A stretch of 48,293 nucleotides of DNA from a virus (Duplodnaviria > Caudoviricetes): positions 1 to 48,293 of the IMG/VR virus record IMGVR_UViG_3300037742_000046; one strand, written 5' to 3'. Under the pieces are notes generated by a model, which was given only the letters and a program-made list of their open reading frames with translations, did not search any database and was not told the origin of the DNA. Position numbers and translations under genes: made by a program. This document shows, piece after piece, positions 1-7,696 of the stretch (the first letter of the stretch is position 1; every line of letters begins with the position of its first letter).

Positions 1-127
1 GATGAGGTTCTCAAGCAGGGCGACAAGCTCGATGAGCTCGCGGGTGCCCAGAAGTTCACGGCGGCTCAGAAGACGACGATGATTACGGCCGGGATCGCTG
101 GGGTCGCGACGGTCGTGGCTACGGTTT
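1..127 (+). repeat. Terminal direct repeat, copy 1 (assembly overlap)
   Basis: 1..127 is identical to 48167..48293. Confidence 0.97.
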
Positions 128-143
128 TGACGGGTGGGCCGGC

Positions 144-716
144 ATGACGGCTTCGTGGCGGTCGGTGATGCTGTTGGTTGCGGTGACGGCGGTTGTGACG
201 GCGACGTTGAGCTTCGCTATCTCGTCGTTGTTTGAGGGGCAGGAGGAGGCGAAGCGGGAGGTTGTTGTCGCGAAGAAGAAGGTTGATCGCAAGACGGCTG
301 CGGTGGCTGAGCGCACGGACAGGGTTGCTCGGCGTGTGCAGGTGATCCGGCGTGTGCAGGTGCGGACGCAGCGGGTGCTTGTGACGAAGGGGATTTTGCG
401 GACGGGGCCGCGGGGGTTGCGGGGTGGTCCGGGGCCTATCGGGGAGACGGGGCCACGAGGCCCGCAGGGGCCGCCTGGAGAGCCTGGCCGGGATGGTGCG
501 CCGGGTAGGACTGGGTTGCCTGGTTTTGGGTTTCCTGGGCCGCAGGGAGTCCCGGGTGTTGCGGGGCCGCAGGGTCCTGCTGGCCCACCGGTTGCGGGGT
601 TCTCGTTTACCGATGCGACCGGCCTGTCGCAGACGTGTTCGGATCCGGATGGGGATATGCACCATACTTGCGTGGTGCAAGGCAAGCCTGCTGATATCCC
701 GCCGCCCACTCCTTGA
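144..716 (+). CDS. Membrane-anchored collagen-like protein A
   Basis: N-terminal TM, Arg-rich linker, Gly-X-Y run ([28 protein letters not shown]...), C-terminal Cys pair. Confidence 0.85.
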   Translation: MTASWRSVMLLVAVTAVVTATLSFAISSLFEGQEEAKREVVVAKKKVDRKTAAVAERTDRVARRVQVIRRVQVRTQRVLVTKGILRTGPRGLRGGPGPIGETGPRGPQGPPGEPGRDGAPGRTGLPGFGFPGPQGVPGVAGPQGPAGPPVAGFSFTDATGLSQTCSDPDGDMHHTCVVQGKPADIPPPTP

Positions 717-838
717 GTCTGGTTTGCGTTTGGTTGTGCCTGACGAGCTCGTGTTTGACGCGTGTGTTTAGCCCGGGGCCGAGGTGCCCGAAGTGTGGTG
801 GCCCCGGTTACCTCGTGTACTCGAAGAGGGTTCCGTAA
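713..838 (+). CDS. 41-aa Cys-rich microprotein (zinc-ribbon-like)
   Basis: TTG start overlapping the upstream TGA; [41 protein letters not shown]. Confidence 0.5.
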   Translation: MSLVCVWLCLTSSCLTRVFSPGPRCPKCGGPGYLVYSKRVP

Positions 839-915
839 CGCAGCGGCTCCGAAGAATTCCAAGTGTTTGGATGTCTTTGGATTTCGTTTGGAGATTGGTT
901 GGCAAGGAGGCTGAC

Positions 916-1023
916 ATGTTTGTGGTCTATCGCTGGCCCGTCGTGATCGGCTGCTGGGTCGTCGCTGTGATCGCTGGGATCGTTGCGGCGTGGCTGAATG
1001 GTCCATCATCCGGGGTTTCGTAG
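916..1023 (+). CDS. 35-aa single-TM microprotein
   Basis: AAGGAGG RBS; [35 protein letters not shown]. Confidence 0.6.
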   Translation: MFVVYRWPVVIGCWVVAVIAGIVAAWLNGPSSGVS

Positions 1024-1076
1024 CCTCACGCGTGGGCGAGTACGCGTCCGCAACGCTAGTCGGAGGAGGGTGCGCG

Positions 1077-1796
1077 ATGCTCGAATGGCTATCAACAGCA
1101 GCGATCCTCGGCGGCACTGTCGACGTGGTGATCTACATCGCGGCTGCCGGTGGTGCGCTAGCGTTCCTATGGAAGGTCATCATCCCGTTCGCGAAAGGCT
1201 TGACGGTCTTCAACGAGGATGTCGTGCCGAACATCCAGTTCATGCCGCATCTCGCGAAGCTCGACGCGATGGAATCCGTGCTAGACGACATCGCAGCACA
1301 GTTTTCGACTGACTCCGGGTCGACGTTCAAGGACGACATCCTTCAAGTCCGAAGCGACATCAACCAGCTCGGCAGGTACGCGATTGAGAATCGGGAGGCG
1401 GCAGCGAACGCGAAGGCAGCGGCCGAAGATGTGGCGCGAGTGGCTGCCGATGCTGCCCGGGTCTTTCAGGAGCAGATGACGGAGATGAAGGCGCAGATGG
1501 GGTCTGTGAAGGAGCTTGCTCGGGATGATCGGGCGTTGGCGCGTAAGGACAGCGACCTTGCACGTGATACCTATCAGCGGATGGCTGAGCTTGTGGAGTC
1601 GGCGCTTCGTACTGAGGCGGCTGGTGAGCTGGCTAAGGAGTCGCGGGAGCGTACGGAGGCGTCGGGTGTGCGGATTGAGGATGCGGCTGCGGTGGTCGCG
1701 AAGGATTTGGCTGCGACGCAGAAGCGTGCTGATGATGCTGTTGATGAGTCGCCGGGTGCGGCGGCTGACGCTGCTTCGCAGTCGCCGGATGAGTGA
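1077..1796 (+). CDS. Membrane protein with long coiled coil
   Basis: GGAGGAGG RBS; hydrophobic N-terminus ([22 protein letters not shown]), Ala/Glu-rich heptads. Confidence 0.8.
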   Translation: MLEWLSTAAILGGTVDVVIYIAAAGGALAFLWKVIIPFAKGLTVFNEDVVPNIQFMPHLAKLDAMESVLDDIAAQFSTDSGSTFKDDILQVRSDINQLGRYAIENREAAANAKAAAEDVARVAADAARVFQEQMTEMKAQMGSVKELARDDRALARKDSDLARDTYQRMAELVESALRTEAAGELAKESRERTEASGVRIEDAAAVVAKDLAATQKRADDAVDESPGAAADAASQSPDE

Positions 1797-2365
1797 TGCC
1801 CTCTTGGGCGCCCCTTGCGTTGCGGATCTCCGCGGCGCTGCTCGTGGTTGTGGGGCTGATCGTCGGGGCGTTCTTGGCGTTGGAGGATCGCACCGCTGAG
1901 GTTGGTCGGACGGCAACAACGAGTCGCGAGGCGGTGCGGGAGAACACGTCGCGGGTGGAGGCTTCGCGTGCTCGGTCGGTGCGGGCTCAGCGGTTGGCGC
2001 GCAGGGCTGACCGGCGGGTACGGGTCATCAGGCGGGAGATCATCCGGACGGAACGCCGGGTGCGGGTGATTCGCCAGAACGTTGTTGAGGTACGCGAGGG
2101 GTTGCAGGGTTTGGCTGGCGCTACGGGGGCTACCGGTGAGGCTGGGGTGGGGACACCTGGGGTCGCGGGTGTGAGTTCGATTGTGCCGGGGCCACCGGGG
2201 CCTGCTGGCCGGGATGGGGTGGATGGCTTGGATTCAACTGTGCCGGGGCCTGAGGGACCGCAGGGACCGCCTGGGATGCCTGCTCCGGTTGTTCCGTGCG
2301 CGGCGCAGCCGGTTGAGGCGGGGTATGTTTGTCAGCCTCCCCCGGTTGTGGATGCGCCGCCGTAG
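1793..2365 (+). CDS. Membrane-anchored collagen-like protein B (paralog of 144..716)
   Basis: TM, Arg-rich linker, Gly-X-Y run, C-terminal Cys pair and Pro tail. Confidence 0.85.
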   Translation: MMPSWAPLALRISAALLVVVGLIVGAFLALEDRTAEVGRTATTSREAVRENTSRVEASRARSVRAQRLARRADRRVRVIRREIIRTERRVRVIRQNVVEVREGLQGLAGATGATGEAGVGTPGVAGVSSIVPGPPGPAGRDGVDGLDSTVPGPEGPQGPPGMPAPVVPCAAQPVEAGYVCQPPPVVDAPP

Positions 2366-2415
2366 TTTCTGTCGGGTGGGTTGTGTAGATTTGTGTTCTG
2401 CCGCTCGCTGTTCCC

Positions 2416-2454
2416 CTGAGGGCCCGTCATCTTCCCCCGGTGACGGGCCCTCAG
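2416..2454. terminator. 14-bp perfect hairpin between convergent genes
   Basis: CTGAGGGCCCGTCA-tcttcccccgg-TGACGGGCCCTCAG followed by CTTGTT. Confidence 0.7.
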
Positions 2455-2460
2455 CTTGTT

Positions 2461-3036
2461 CTAGCCGAAGATCTCCTGTAGTCGATCACGTAGCGACCGG
2501 AATGTGTTGCCTCTGAGTGCTCCCCCGATGCCCCATAGAGCGGCGGCGAAATCGAAGATCCTTCCGCCACGATCGCAGCCGTAGCACACCCAGGAGTTGT
2601 TCTCGTACGCGTGGAAGGACGCGGTGCTGTCGTCGTGGTCGGGTAGCGGGCAGCACGACGGGCGACGGATGTCTACGTCCTTCCCGGTGAGCGCGTGAAC
2701 GTAGTCCACGGTGGGGATGTCATCGAGCTTGCGACCCCTGTGTGTGGCGTGCGGAACCCATGTGCGCTTTGGCTGTGCGCGCTTGACGGGGTACAGCGGA
2801 AGCTCCGCTACTCCCTCAGCATCAGCTATCGCTGCGCTGCGGTCTGACGTTTGGTTAGTGAGGAAACGCCATGCGTCTGTTTGCACGTCATCCGCGAGCT
2901 GGTCGAATGCTTCCCACGAACCCGTGTGCCATGCGTTGATCGCGGCTGTGTAGCGCTCGATTTTTGCGCCGGCCCTGAGCATGGCTTTGTGGCCGGGTTC
3001 GTCGCTGTCGAAGGCTAGGAGGATTTGGAAGGTCAT
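2461..3036 (-). CDS. CHC2 zinc-finger (primase zinc-binding-domain-like) protein
   Basis: CCPLPDHDDSTASFHAYENNSWVCYGCDRGGRIFDF; no TOPRIM domain. Confidence 0.8.
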   Translation of the reverse strand: MTFQILLAFDSDEPGHKAMLRAGAKIERYTAAINAWHTGSWEAFDQLADDVQTDAWRFLTNQTSDRSAAIADAEGVAELPLYPVKRAQPKRTWVPHATHRGRKLDDIPTVDYVHALTGKDVDIRRPSCCPLPDHDDSTASFHAYENNSWVCYGCDRGGRIFDFAAALWGIGGALRGNTFRSLRDRLQEIFG

Positions 3037-3296
3037 GGGTTCCTTTCGTAGGGCTGGTTGAGGACGTAGTTCTTCCCTTCATCGGTCAGAGCCTCCCGGG
3101 TACGGCACGCCTGCTGAGGCGCCCTAAGGGAGACACCACTAACGCATCGGACGAGATCTCTCCACGAGGACTGACCGCCTGCGACCCCTATTGCTCCAAG
3201 GTGGTCTGGCTCTGTCGCCGTTCCTCGCTTACCCTTTGACTTAGGACTCGCGGTTTCCGCCGTGGTGCCCCTCGCGGGGCGTTGTCGACCTGGCCG

Positions 3297-3662
3297 TTAC
3301 AGACGAGCCATCCGTTCGCGGGTTTGGCGTTTGAGTTCGGCTTGTTCGCCGGCTACTTCAAGCTTGAGACGTTCGGTCGCTTTGTCGCGGGCGATGCTGA
3401 CGACGACTGCCTTGGCGTTCTTGTTGGCGGCCGGGGAGAGTTTGCGGGGCCGTCCTTTGCGCGTGAAGAGCCGGTCGATTTCTTTGGCTGCCCATTCGCG
3501 TGTGGCTGGGGTGCCGGTTGCTTCGTCGCCGAGTTCGCGGCGTAGCGCGCGGAGTAGCCGTAGTTGCGCGCTGGTTGGCGGCTTCTCTCGGTTCTTCTTG
3601 AGGACGGGGCCCGGGGACTTGCGGTTTGCCTGTCGGCTGCGTCGGTTAGACTTGTGGGACAT
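3297..3662 (-). CDS. Basic hypothetical protein with DUF3072-like motif
   Basis: AAGGAG RBS before MSHK; PPTSAQLRLLRAL...TREWAAKEIDRL. Confidence 0.6.
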   Translation of the reverse strand: MSHKSNRRSRQANRKSPGPVLKKNREKPPTSAQLRLLRALRRELGDEATGTPATREWAAKEIDRLFTRKGRPRKLSPAANKNAKAVVVSIARDKATERLKLEVAGEQAELKRQTRERMARL

Positions 3663-3740
3663 CGGGAGAGTCAGCTCCTTAGGTGTCATGGTTCCCGGCC
3701 GATGCGAAGCGGCGCGGGTTCCAACTTTCAAAGCATCCTA
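3663..3740 (-). promoter_or_regulatory. -10 box plus bulged-C leader hairpin (motif copy 1)
   Basis: TAGGAT...GGaaCCCG-C-GCCG cttcgcat CGGC CGGGaaCC ATGAC ACC..AAGGAG. Confidence 0.6.
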
Positions 3741-3940
3741 CTAGCGCCCGTCGACAGAACATCGGCGGGCGCTAGTCGTTCCTCCCTTATCGATGCTGTT
3801 TGCGGGGTTCCAGGTTGCTGGGTATCCTCCGGGTGCCTGTCCCCAAGCGCGTTGACGGTCCTTCCGCTTGATCCCACCGGGGGCTGTCAGCGAGAGAGGC
3901 GGGAGCCCACTGGTCCCGATCCGGTGGGCTCCCGCTAGTT
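3740..3940 (+). ncRNA. Putative structured ncRNA with four hairpins and C-rich single-stranded motifs
   Basis: Hairpins 3740-3776, 3820-3838, 3850-3892, 3899-3935; their non-Watson-Crick pairs read as G-U on the + strand; no credible ORF. Confidence 0.5.
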
Positions 3941-4032
3941 TCTGGACGAATGATGGATGGTGTCTGTCCACCAGCAGGCGTATGGTCGGTTGGGCTTAGG
4001 CGTTTCCACGAATGGAAAGGGGACTAGCGCCA

Positions 4033-4194
4033 ATGGTGTCGCCGATCGTCACCGACCTAACGAAGCTCGCGCAAGATTTGCGCCGCTCGCTGCCCGCTAC
4101 TGGGGTTGCTGAGACTGACCGGGATTACTTCGTGCATATGGCGGTGGTGCCTGCGGGCGAGGTCGTTGACGAGTCGAAGCGGCGGTTGCTGTGA
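4033..4194 (+). CDS. Hypothetical protein
   Basis: GAAAGGGG RBS, TATGGT at 3981; coupled to the next gene. Confidence 0.55.
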   Translation: MVSPIVTDLTKLAQDLRRSLPATGVAETDRDYFVHMAVVPAGEVVDESKRRLL

Positions 4195-4502
4195 TGCCTC
4201 CAATGGAACTGCTGGACCCTGAGGGCGAGGGCATCTACATGCTTGATGAGTTCCCCCGCGGCGGATGCCCGTTTGGCTGGCCCCTCATCGAAGCTGCTCG
4301 GCGTCTGAGCGTGGTTGACGACAACGGTCGACCCGATCCCCGTGCGGTGGATATGGAGCTGGTCTACATGGAGCTCTCTGCGGATGGCGAGTCGTGGGAT
4401 CGGGCGCGGAACGCTTGGCGACGATCACACCCGGGCTGGCGCTTGAACTTGCCGCGTCGCTGGCGCCCGGTGGCGTATGTCTACTGCACGCCGAAGCCAT
4501 GA
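4191..4502 (+). CDS. Hypothetical protein
   Basis: GTGA/ATGA overlaps on both sides. Confidence 0.65.
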   Translation: MMPPMELLDPEGEGIYMLDEFPRGGCPFGWPLIEAARRLSVVDDNGRPDPRAVDMELVYMELSADGESWDRARNAWRRSHPGWRLNLPRRWRPVAYVYCTPKP

Positions 4503-4765
4503 GCTGCCGCCTTCGCAAGGATCAGTGCTGTGTCACGATCCGCGATGGCGAGCGATGCCTAGCGCCGGCTCGTGAGCTGGGTGGGCATTGCACCCGGTGC
4601 TTCAGGGCCCTGTCGCCGGCGGAACGCGCGTTCCTGGATTGGGACGCGGCGCACACGATCGAGATCCTGGTTCCTGTCGCTGATGTCCTCGAAGCGGATT
4701 GGGACATCGTTCGCGCGGCGATGGCGATGCTGGGTGAGGGGCCGTCCGATACTCCGTCAGAATGA
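4499..4765 (+). CDS. Hypothetical Cys-rich protein
   Basis: ATGA overlap; C..C..HCTRC pattern. Confidence 0.6.
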   Translation: MSCRLRKDQCCVTIRDGERCLAPARELGGHCTRCFRALSPAERAFLDWDAAHTIEILVPVADVLEADWDIVRAAMAMLGEGPSDTPSE

Positions 4766-4769
4766 GTGT

Positions 4770-4846
4770 TGCGCTCGGGCTGTTGTAGTCCCCGGCAGTC
4801 CGAGCGCACTTTAGAACCCAGGGACTAGCAAGGGAAAGGGACTATG
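4770..4846 (+). promoter_or_regulatory. Holin leader: 16-bp hairpin whose loop is complementary to the RBS/start region
   Basis: Stem 4770-4785/4793-4808, loop TAGTCCC; GGGACTA at 4821-4827 and at 4838-4844 (last A is the ATG). Confidence 0.55.
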
Positions 4847-5023
4847 AAGACCATCGGAATTTCTCAGAAGGTTTGGCTGCCGGGCGTGGTCGGGATCGTC
4901 GCGGGTATCGCGCTGATCCTCGCGGGCCTTGATGTTGAGGGGAAGACCGCTATCGCGGCTGGCTTGGGGACGTTCGGGATTGGCTATGGCGCGAAGGCCG
5001 CTCCGGTTGAGCGCAAGCCATGA
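4844..5023 (+). CDS. Putative holin (59 aa, two hydrophobic segments)
   Basis: MKTIGISQKVWLPGVVGIVAGIALILAGLDVEGKTAIAAGLGTFGIGYGAKAAPVERKP, upstream of the endolysin; below the ORF-track cutoff. Confidence 0.65.
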   Translation: MKTIGISQKVWLPGVVGIVAGIALILAGLDVEGKTAIAAGLGTFGIGYGAKAAPVERKP

Positions 5024-5193
5024 GCACGGACACGCTGGCGCAGGATTTGTATCACGGGTGGGCTTGCAGCCTCCTTGAGCGCGAGCAGCCAGCACCGAGT
5101 TCGTGGCGGTCGTTGCCTTCGGGGGTTCGTGCGCAGTGGGCTTCGTATGCTGAGGCGATCATGATTGCTGACGAACGCAAGGCGATGCTGTGA
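5020..5193 (+). CDS. 57-aa hypothetical protein
   Basis: ATGA overlap upstream, GTGA overlap downstream. Confidence 0.55.
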   Translation: MSTDTLAQDLYHGWACSLLEREQPAPSSWRSLPSGVRAQWASYAEAIMIADERKAML

Positions 5194-6257
5194 TGCGCCC
5201 GAAACTTCTGCTTGTCGCGCTCGTTGTAATCGGTGTCGCGCTCGCTGGGTACTTCGTGTTCCTTGCCGGCGATGAAGTGGACGCGCCGAAGGTGGTCACA
5301 GTCCCAGTCGATGGCCTTGACGCTGACAAGGCCCCGGATCGGACGCTCAAGGTCCCGGCGGTGGCGGTTGAGCAGGCAGAGGAAGCGCTGACGGGGGAGG
5401 CGGCGAAAGAGATCGATGGTGTGTCTGTCCAGAGCGCGGATCACACAGCCGCGAAGGATGAGACTCCCGCGAACGTCCCGGCTCTGGTGCTCGCTGAGAA
5501 TGCGCGCAAGCTGAAGCAGAACCAGCGCACCACCGAGGCTTTGCCGACGGCCGGTGCTTCCGCTGGGTTCCAGGGATGCCGCACAAGCTTTGTTCGCAAC
5601 CAGTCCGGTCGGCGTGGCGTCAGGCCAACCGTGCAGGTCCTGCATTACACGGTCAGCCCGAACCGGCCGGGGTGGTCGGATGTCAATGGCATCACGGCGT
5701 TCTTCAACCGGTCCAGCTCGCAGGCCAGCAGTCACTTCGTCATCGATGCGGAGGGCAACTGCGCGTACATCGTGCCGATCGAGGCGAAGGCTTGGACGCA
5801 AGGTGGCGGCAACCCGTGGGCGGTGTCCTATGAGATCATCGCGACCGGGCGGGAGAAGAACTATCTTGGGCCGGCTGGGTACGCAAAGCTGCGGAGCGTC
5901 GTCGCCCAGGTCGCGAAGCGTACGGGTATCCCTCGTCGCACTGGGCGGATCAGTGGGTGTTCTCCGTCGCGGTCTGGGATTGTTCAGCACGCGCATGGCG
6001 GGACGTGTTGGGGTGGTCATCACGACATCGGACCGTTTGGCTTCAGCGCGGTTGTGTCGCGGATCGCGATCGCTCCTTGCGATGCGAGGTGTATGCGTGC
6101 TCGTTCGTTGAGGGCTCGTAACAAGGCGACGCACGCGGAGCTGAAGCGTCGGCGTTGCGCTCCCGCGGATAAGACGAAGAGCACGGCTTGCACGACGCTG
6201 CATCGTCGGCATCGCGCGATCCACGGGGCGGCGGCTAAGGAGCGAGTCAAGCTCTAA
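5190..6257 (+). CDS. Endolysin, N-acetylmuramoyl-L-alanine amidase (Amidase_2 type) with N-terminal signal/TM
   Basis: VLHYT, ASSHFVID, KAWTQG..N, SYE, QH...HHDIG motifs; hydrophobic N-terminus. Confidence 0.88.
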   Translation: MMRPKLLLVALVVIGVALAGYFVFLAGDEVDAPKVVTVPVDGLDADKAPDRTLKVPAVAVEQAEEALTGEAAKEIDGVSVQSADHTAAKDETPANVPALVLAENARKLKQNQRTTEALPTAGASAGFQGCRTSFVRNQSGRRGVRPTVQVLHYTVSPNRPGWSDVNGITAFFNRSSSQASSHFVIDAEGNCAYIVPIEAKAWTQGGGNPWAVSYEIIATGREKNYLGPAGYAKLRSVVAQVAKRTGIPRRTGRISGCSPSRSGIVQHAHGGTCWGGHHDIGPFGFSAVVSRIAIAPCDARCMRARSLRARNKATHAELKRRRCAPADKTKSTACTTLHRRHRAIHGAAAKERVKL

Positions 6258-6586
6258 TGAGCGATCCTTTCGAATTGATCCACCGGGAACTATGCGACGC
6301 TGAGATGACGGGGTACCAGCGCATCGTGCATATCCGCGTGACGGTGGATGCGTTGCAGGGGTCCCCTGTGTCGGTGCCGATCACTCCTGAGCGTGCACGC
6401 GCTATCGGCAGACTGATGATGGTTCCGGGAGGCTCGGTTGTCGCCGACCCCCGGGACTACGAGACGAAGCTTGAGCTGTTGATGCATCCCGCCGACTACT
6501 GCGAGGTGCTGAAGGCTCGTCCATACTTCTACCATTCGTTCTCGGGAGGCGTTGAGACGGTCATGGGGATTCCGGTGGAGCGATGA
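6257..6586 (+). CDS. Hypothetical protein
   Basis: TAATG coupling. Confidence 0.65.
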   Translation: MSDPFELIHRELCDAEMTGYQRIVHIRVTVDALQGSPVSVPITPERARAIGRLMMVPGGSVVADPRDYETKLELLMHPADYCEVLKARPYFYHSFSGGVETVMGIPVER

Positions 6587-6750
6587 CGCCTTTGCAGGAC
6601 ATCGGGTTTTTGGAGCGTCGCGTAAACGAGTTGGAGCTCGTCGTTGCGGTGTTGCTTCGGCGTGCTGGGGTGCTCGGCACGTTGACGCCGGTTGAGCTGG
6701 ACGCGGTGCGTGTGATCGGCGATCGCGCTTTGAAGCAGAAGAGCCCTTGA
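6583..6750 (+). CDS. 55-aa hypothetical protein
   Basis: ATGA overlap; MTPLQDIGFLERRVNELELVVAVLLRR... Confidence 0.55.
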   Translation: MTPLQDIGFLERRVNELELVVAVLLRRAGVLGTLTPVELDAVRVIGDRALKQKSP

Positions 6751-6776
6751 CTCTGCCCTAGCACTGTGTATAGAAT
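6747..6776 (+). promoter_or_regulatory. Sigma70/SigA-like promoter, leaderless
   Basis: TTGACT-N18-TAGAAT, 7 nt before the ATG at 6784. Confidence 0.7.
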
Positions 6777-6783
6777 AGTTGGC

Positions 6784-7119
6784 ATGGAAGCCGACGAACT
6801 TAGGACCCTTCTCGCGCTATCCGGGAGGTCCCAGAAGTGGCTTGCCGGGCAGCTTGGGGTCAACATCAACACGGTTGCGCGGTGGGTTAGCTCATCGGGT
6901 GCGTGGCCGATTCCAGGCGCGCGACACGACCGCATTCGGTCGCTGCTTGTGCCCGACGCTGAGACGGAACGCTTGCGGCTCGCTATTCGTCGCATCTTCA
7001 GGGATCGCCGTCAGCCCGACAAGGTGATCGCTGAGTGCTTAGCGGTTATGCCGGAGCTGACGCATTCCGCAAGGGGCGGGGTTTCCGTCTCCTACGAAAC
7101 CAAGGGGAAGAACGCATGA
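6784..7119 (+). CDS. Cro/XRE-like HTH protein
   Basis: LRTLLALSGRSQKWLAGQLGVNINTVARW. Confidence 0.8.
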   Translation: MEADELRTLLALSGRSQKWLAGQLGVNINTVARWVSSSGAWPIPGARHDRIRSLLVPDAETERLRLAIRRIFRDRRQPDKVIAECLAVMPELTHSARGGVSVSYETKGKNA

Positions 7120-7505
7120 GCACCAACTACACGGAGCAGATCGCGAAGATCCGCAACGTGCAACTGGGCTGGGAAAGCCACGGCATCTTCACGTGCCAAA
7201 TTGATCTGGACTACGGCGGGTCAGGTCAGGGTGCGGGTGGATACTCGCTCGACGGTCCACGCCACGACGAGAACGGCAAGTTCCTAGGTCGCGTCGGCAC
7301 CGCATACGGCATGGAATGGATCATCCGTCTCATGCGCGCGTGCGGCGTTGAGGACTTCGCGCAGGTCAAGGGCTGCACTGTTATCGCTCTTCGCGAGGAC
7401 GGCTATGGCGGGATGGTCTACGGGATCAAGCCCCTGCCGACCGAGTCCGGTGAGCCGTTCATGTTCAACGAGCTTGCTGCTGAATACGAGGGCGTCCCGG
7501 CATGA
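7116..7505 (+). CDS. Hypothetical phage protein
   Basis: AAGGGG RBS, ATGA overlap. Confidence 0.7.
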   Translation: MSTNYTEQIAKIRNVQLGWESHGIFTCQIDLDYGGSGQGAGGYSLDGPRHDENGKFLGRVGTAYGMEWIIRLMRACGVEDFAQVKGCTVIALREDGYGGMVYGIKPLPTESGEPFMFNELAAEYEGVPA

Positions 7506-7696
7506 GCACGGTTCCTGATGTGGGTGTGTGCTGCAAGGTCACGATCCGCCGTTTCAACGGGCTCGAAGATGTGCGTTGCGTTGACGACGGAACGCTTGCG
7601 GAAGTCATTGAGGATGCGTTGTGGGTGTCGAAGCTTGACGGTGCGGATGCGGATGGGTTTACGATCACGGTCAAGCGGGAGGGGCACGATGCCTGA
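7502..7696 (+). CDS. Hypothetical protein
   Basis: ATGA overlap. Confidence 0.6.
   Translation: MSTVPDVGVCCKVTIRRFNGLEDVRCVDDGTLAEVIEDALWVSKLDGADADGFTITVKREGHDA

Noticed and set aside
773-807. CCGGGGCC...GGCCCCGG inverted repeat
   Set aside because: GC-only 8-bp arms with a long loop inside a probable micro-ORF; expected by chance
144-2365. Collagen genes as tail fibres
   Set aside because: Both begin with TM/signal helices and are coupled to membrane proteins
3040-3100. Hammerhead-like CTGA..GATGA...GAAA on the - strand
   Set aside because: Core spacing (CTGACCGATGA) and flanking stems do not fit the consensus
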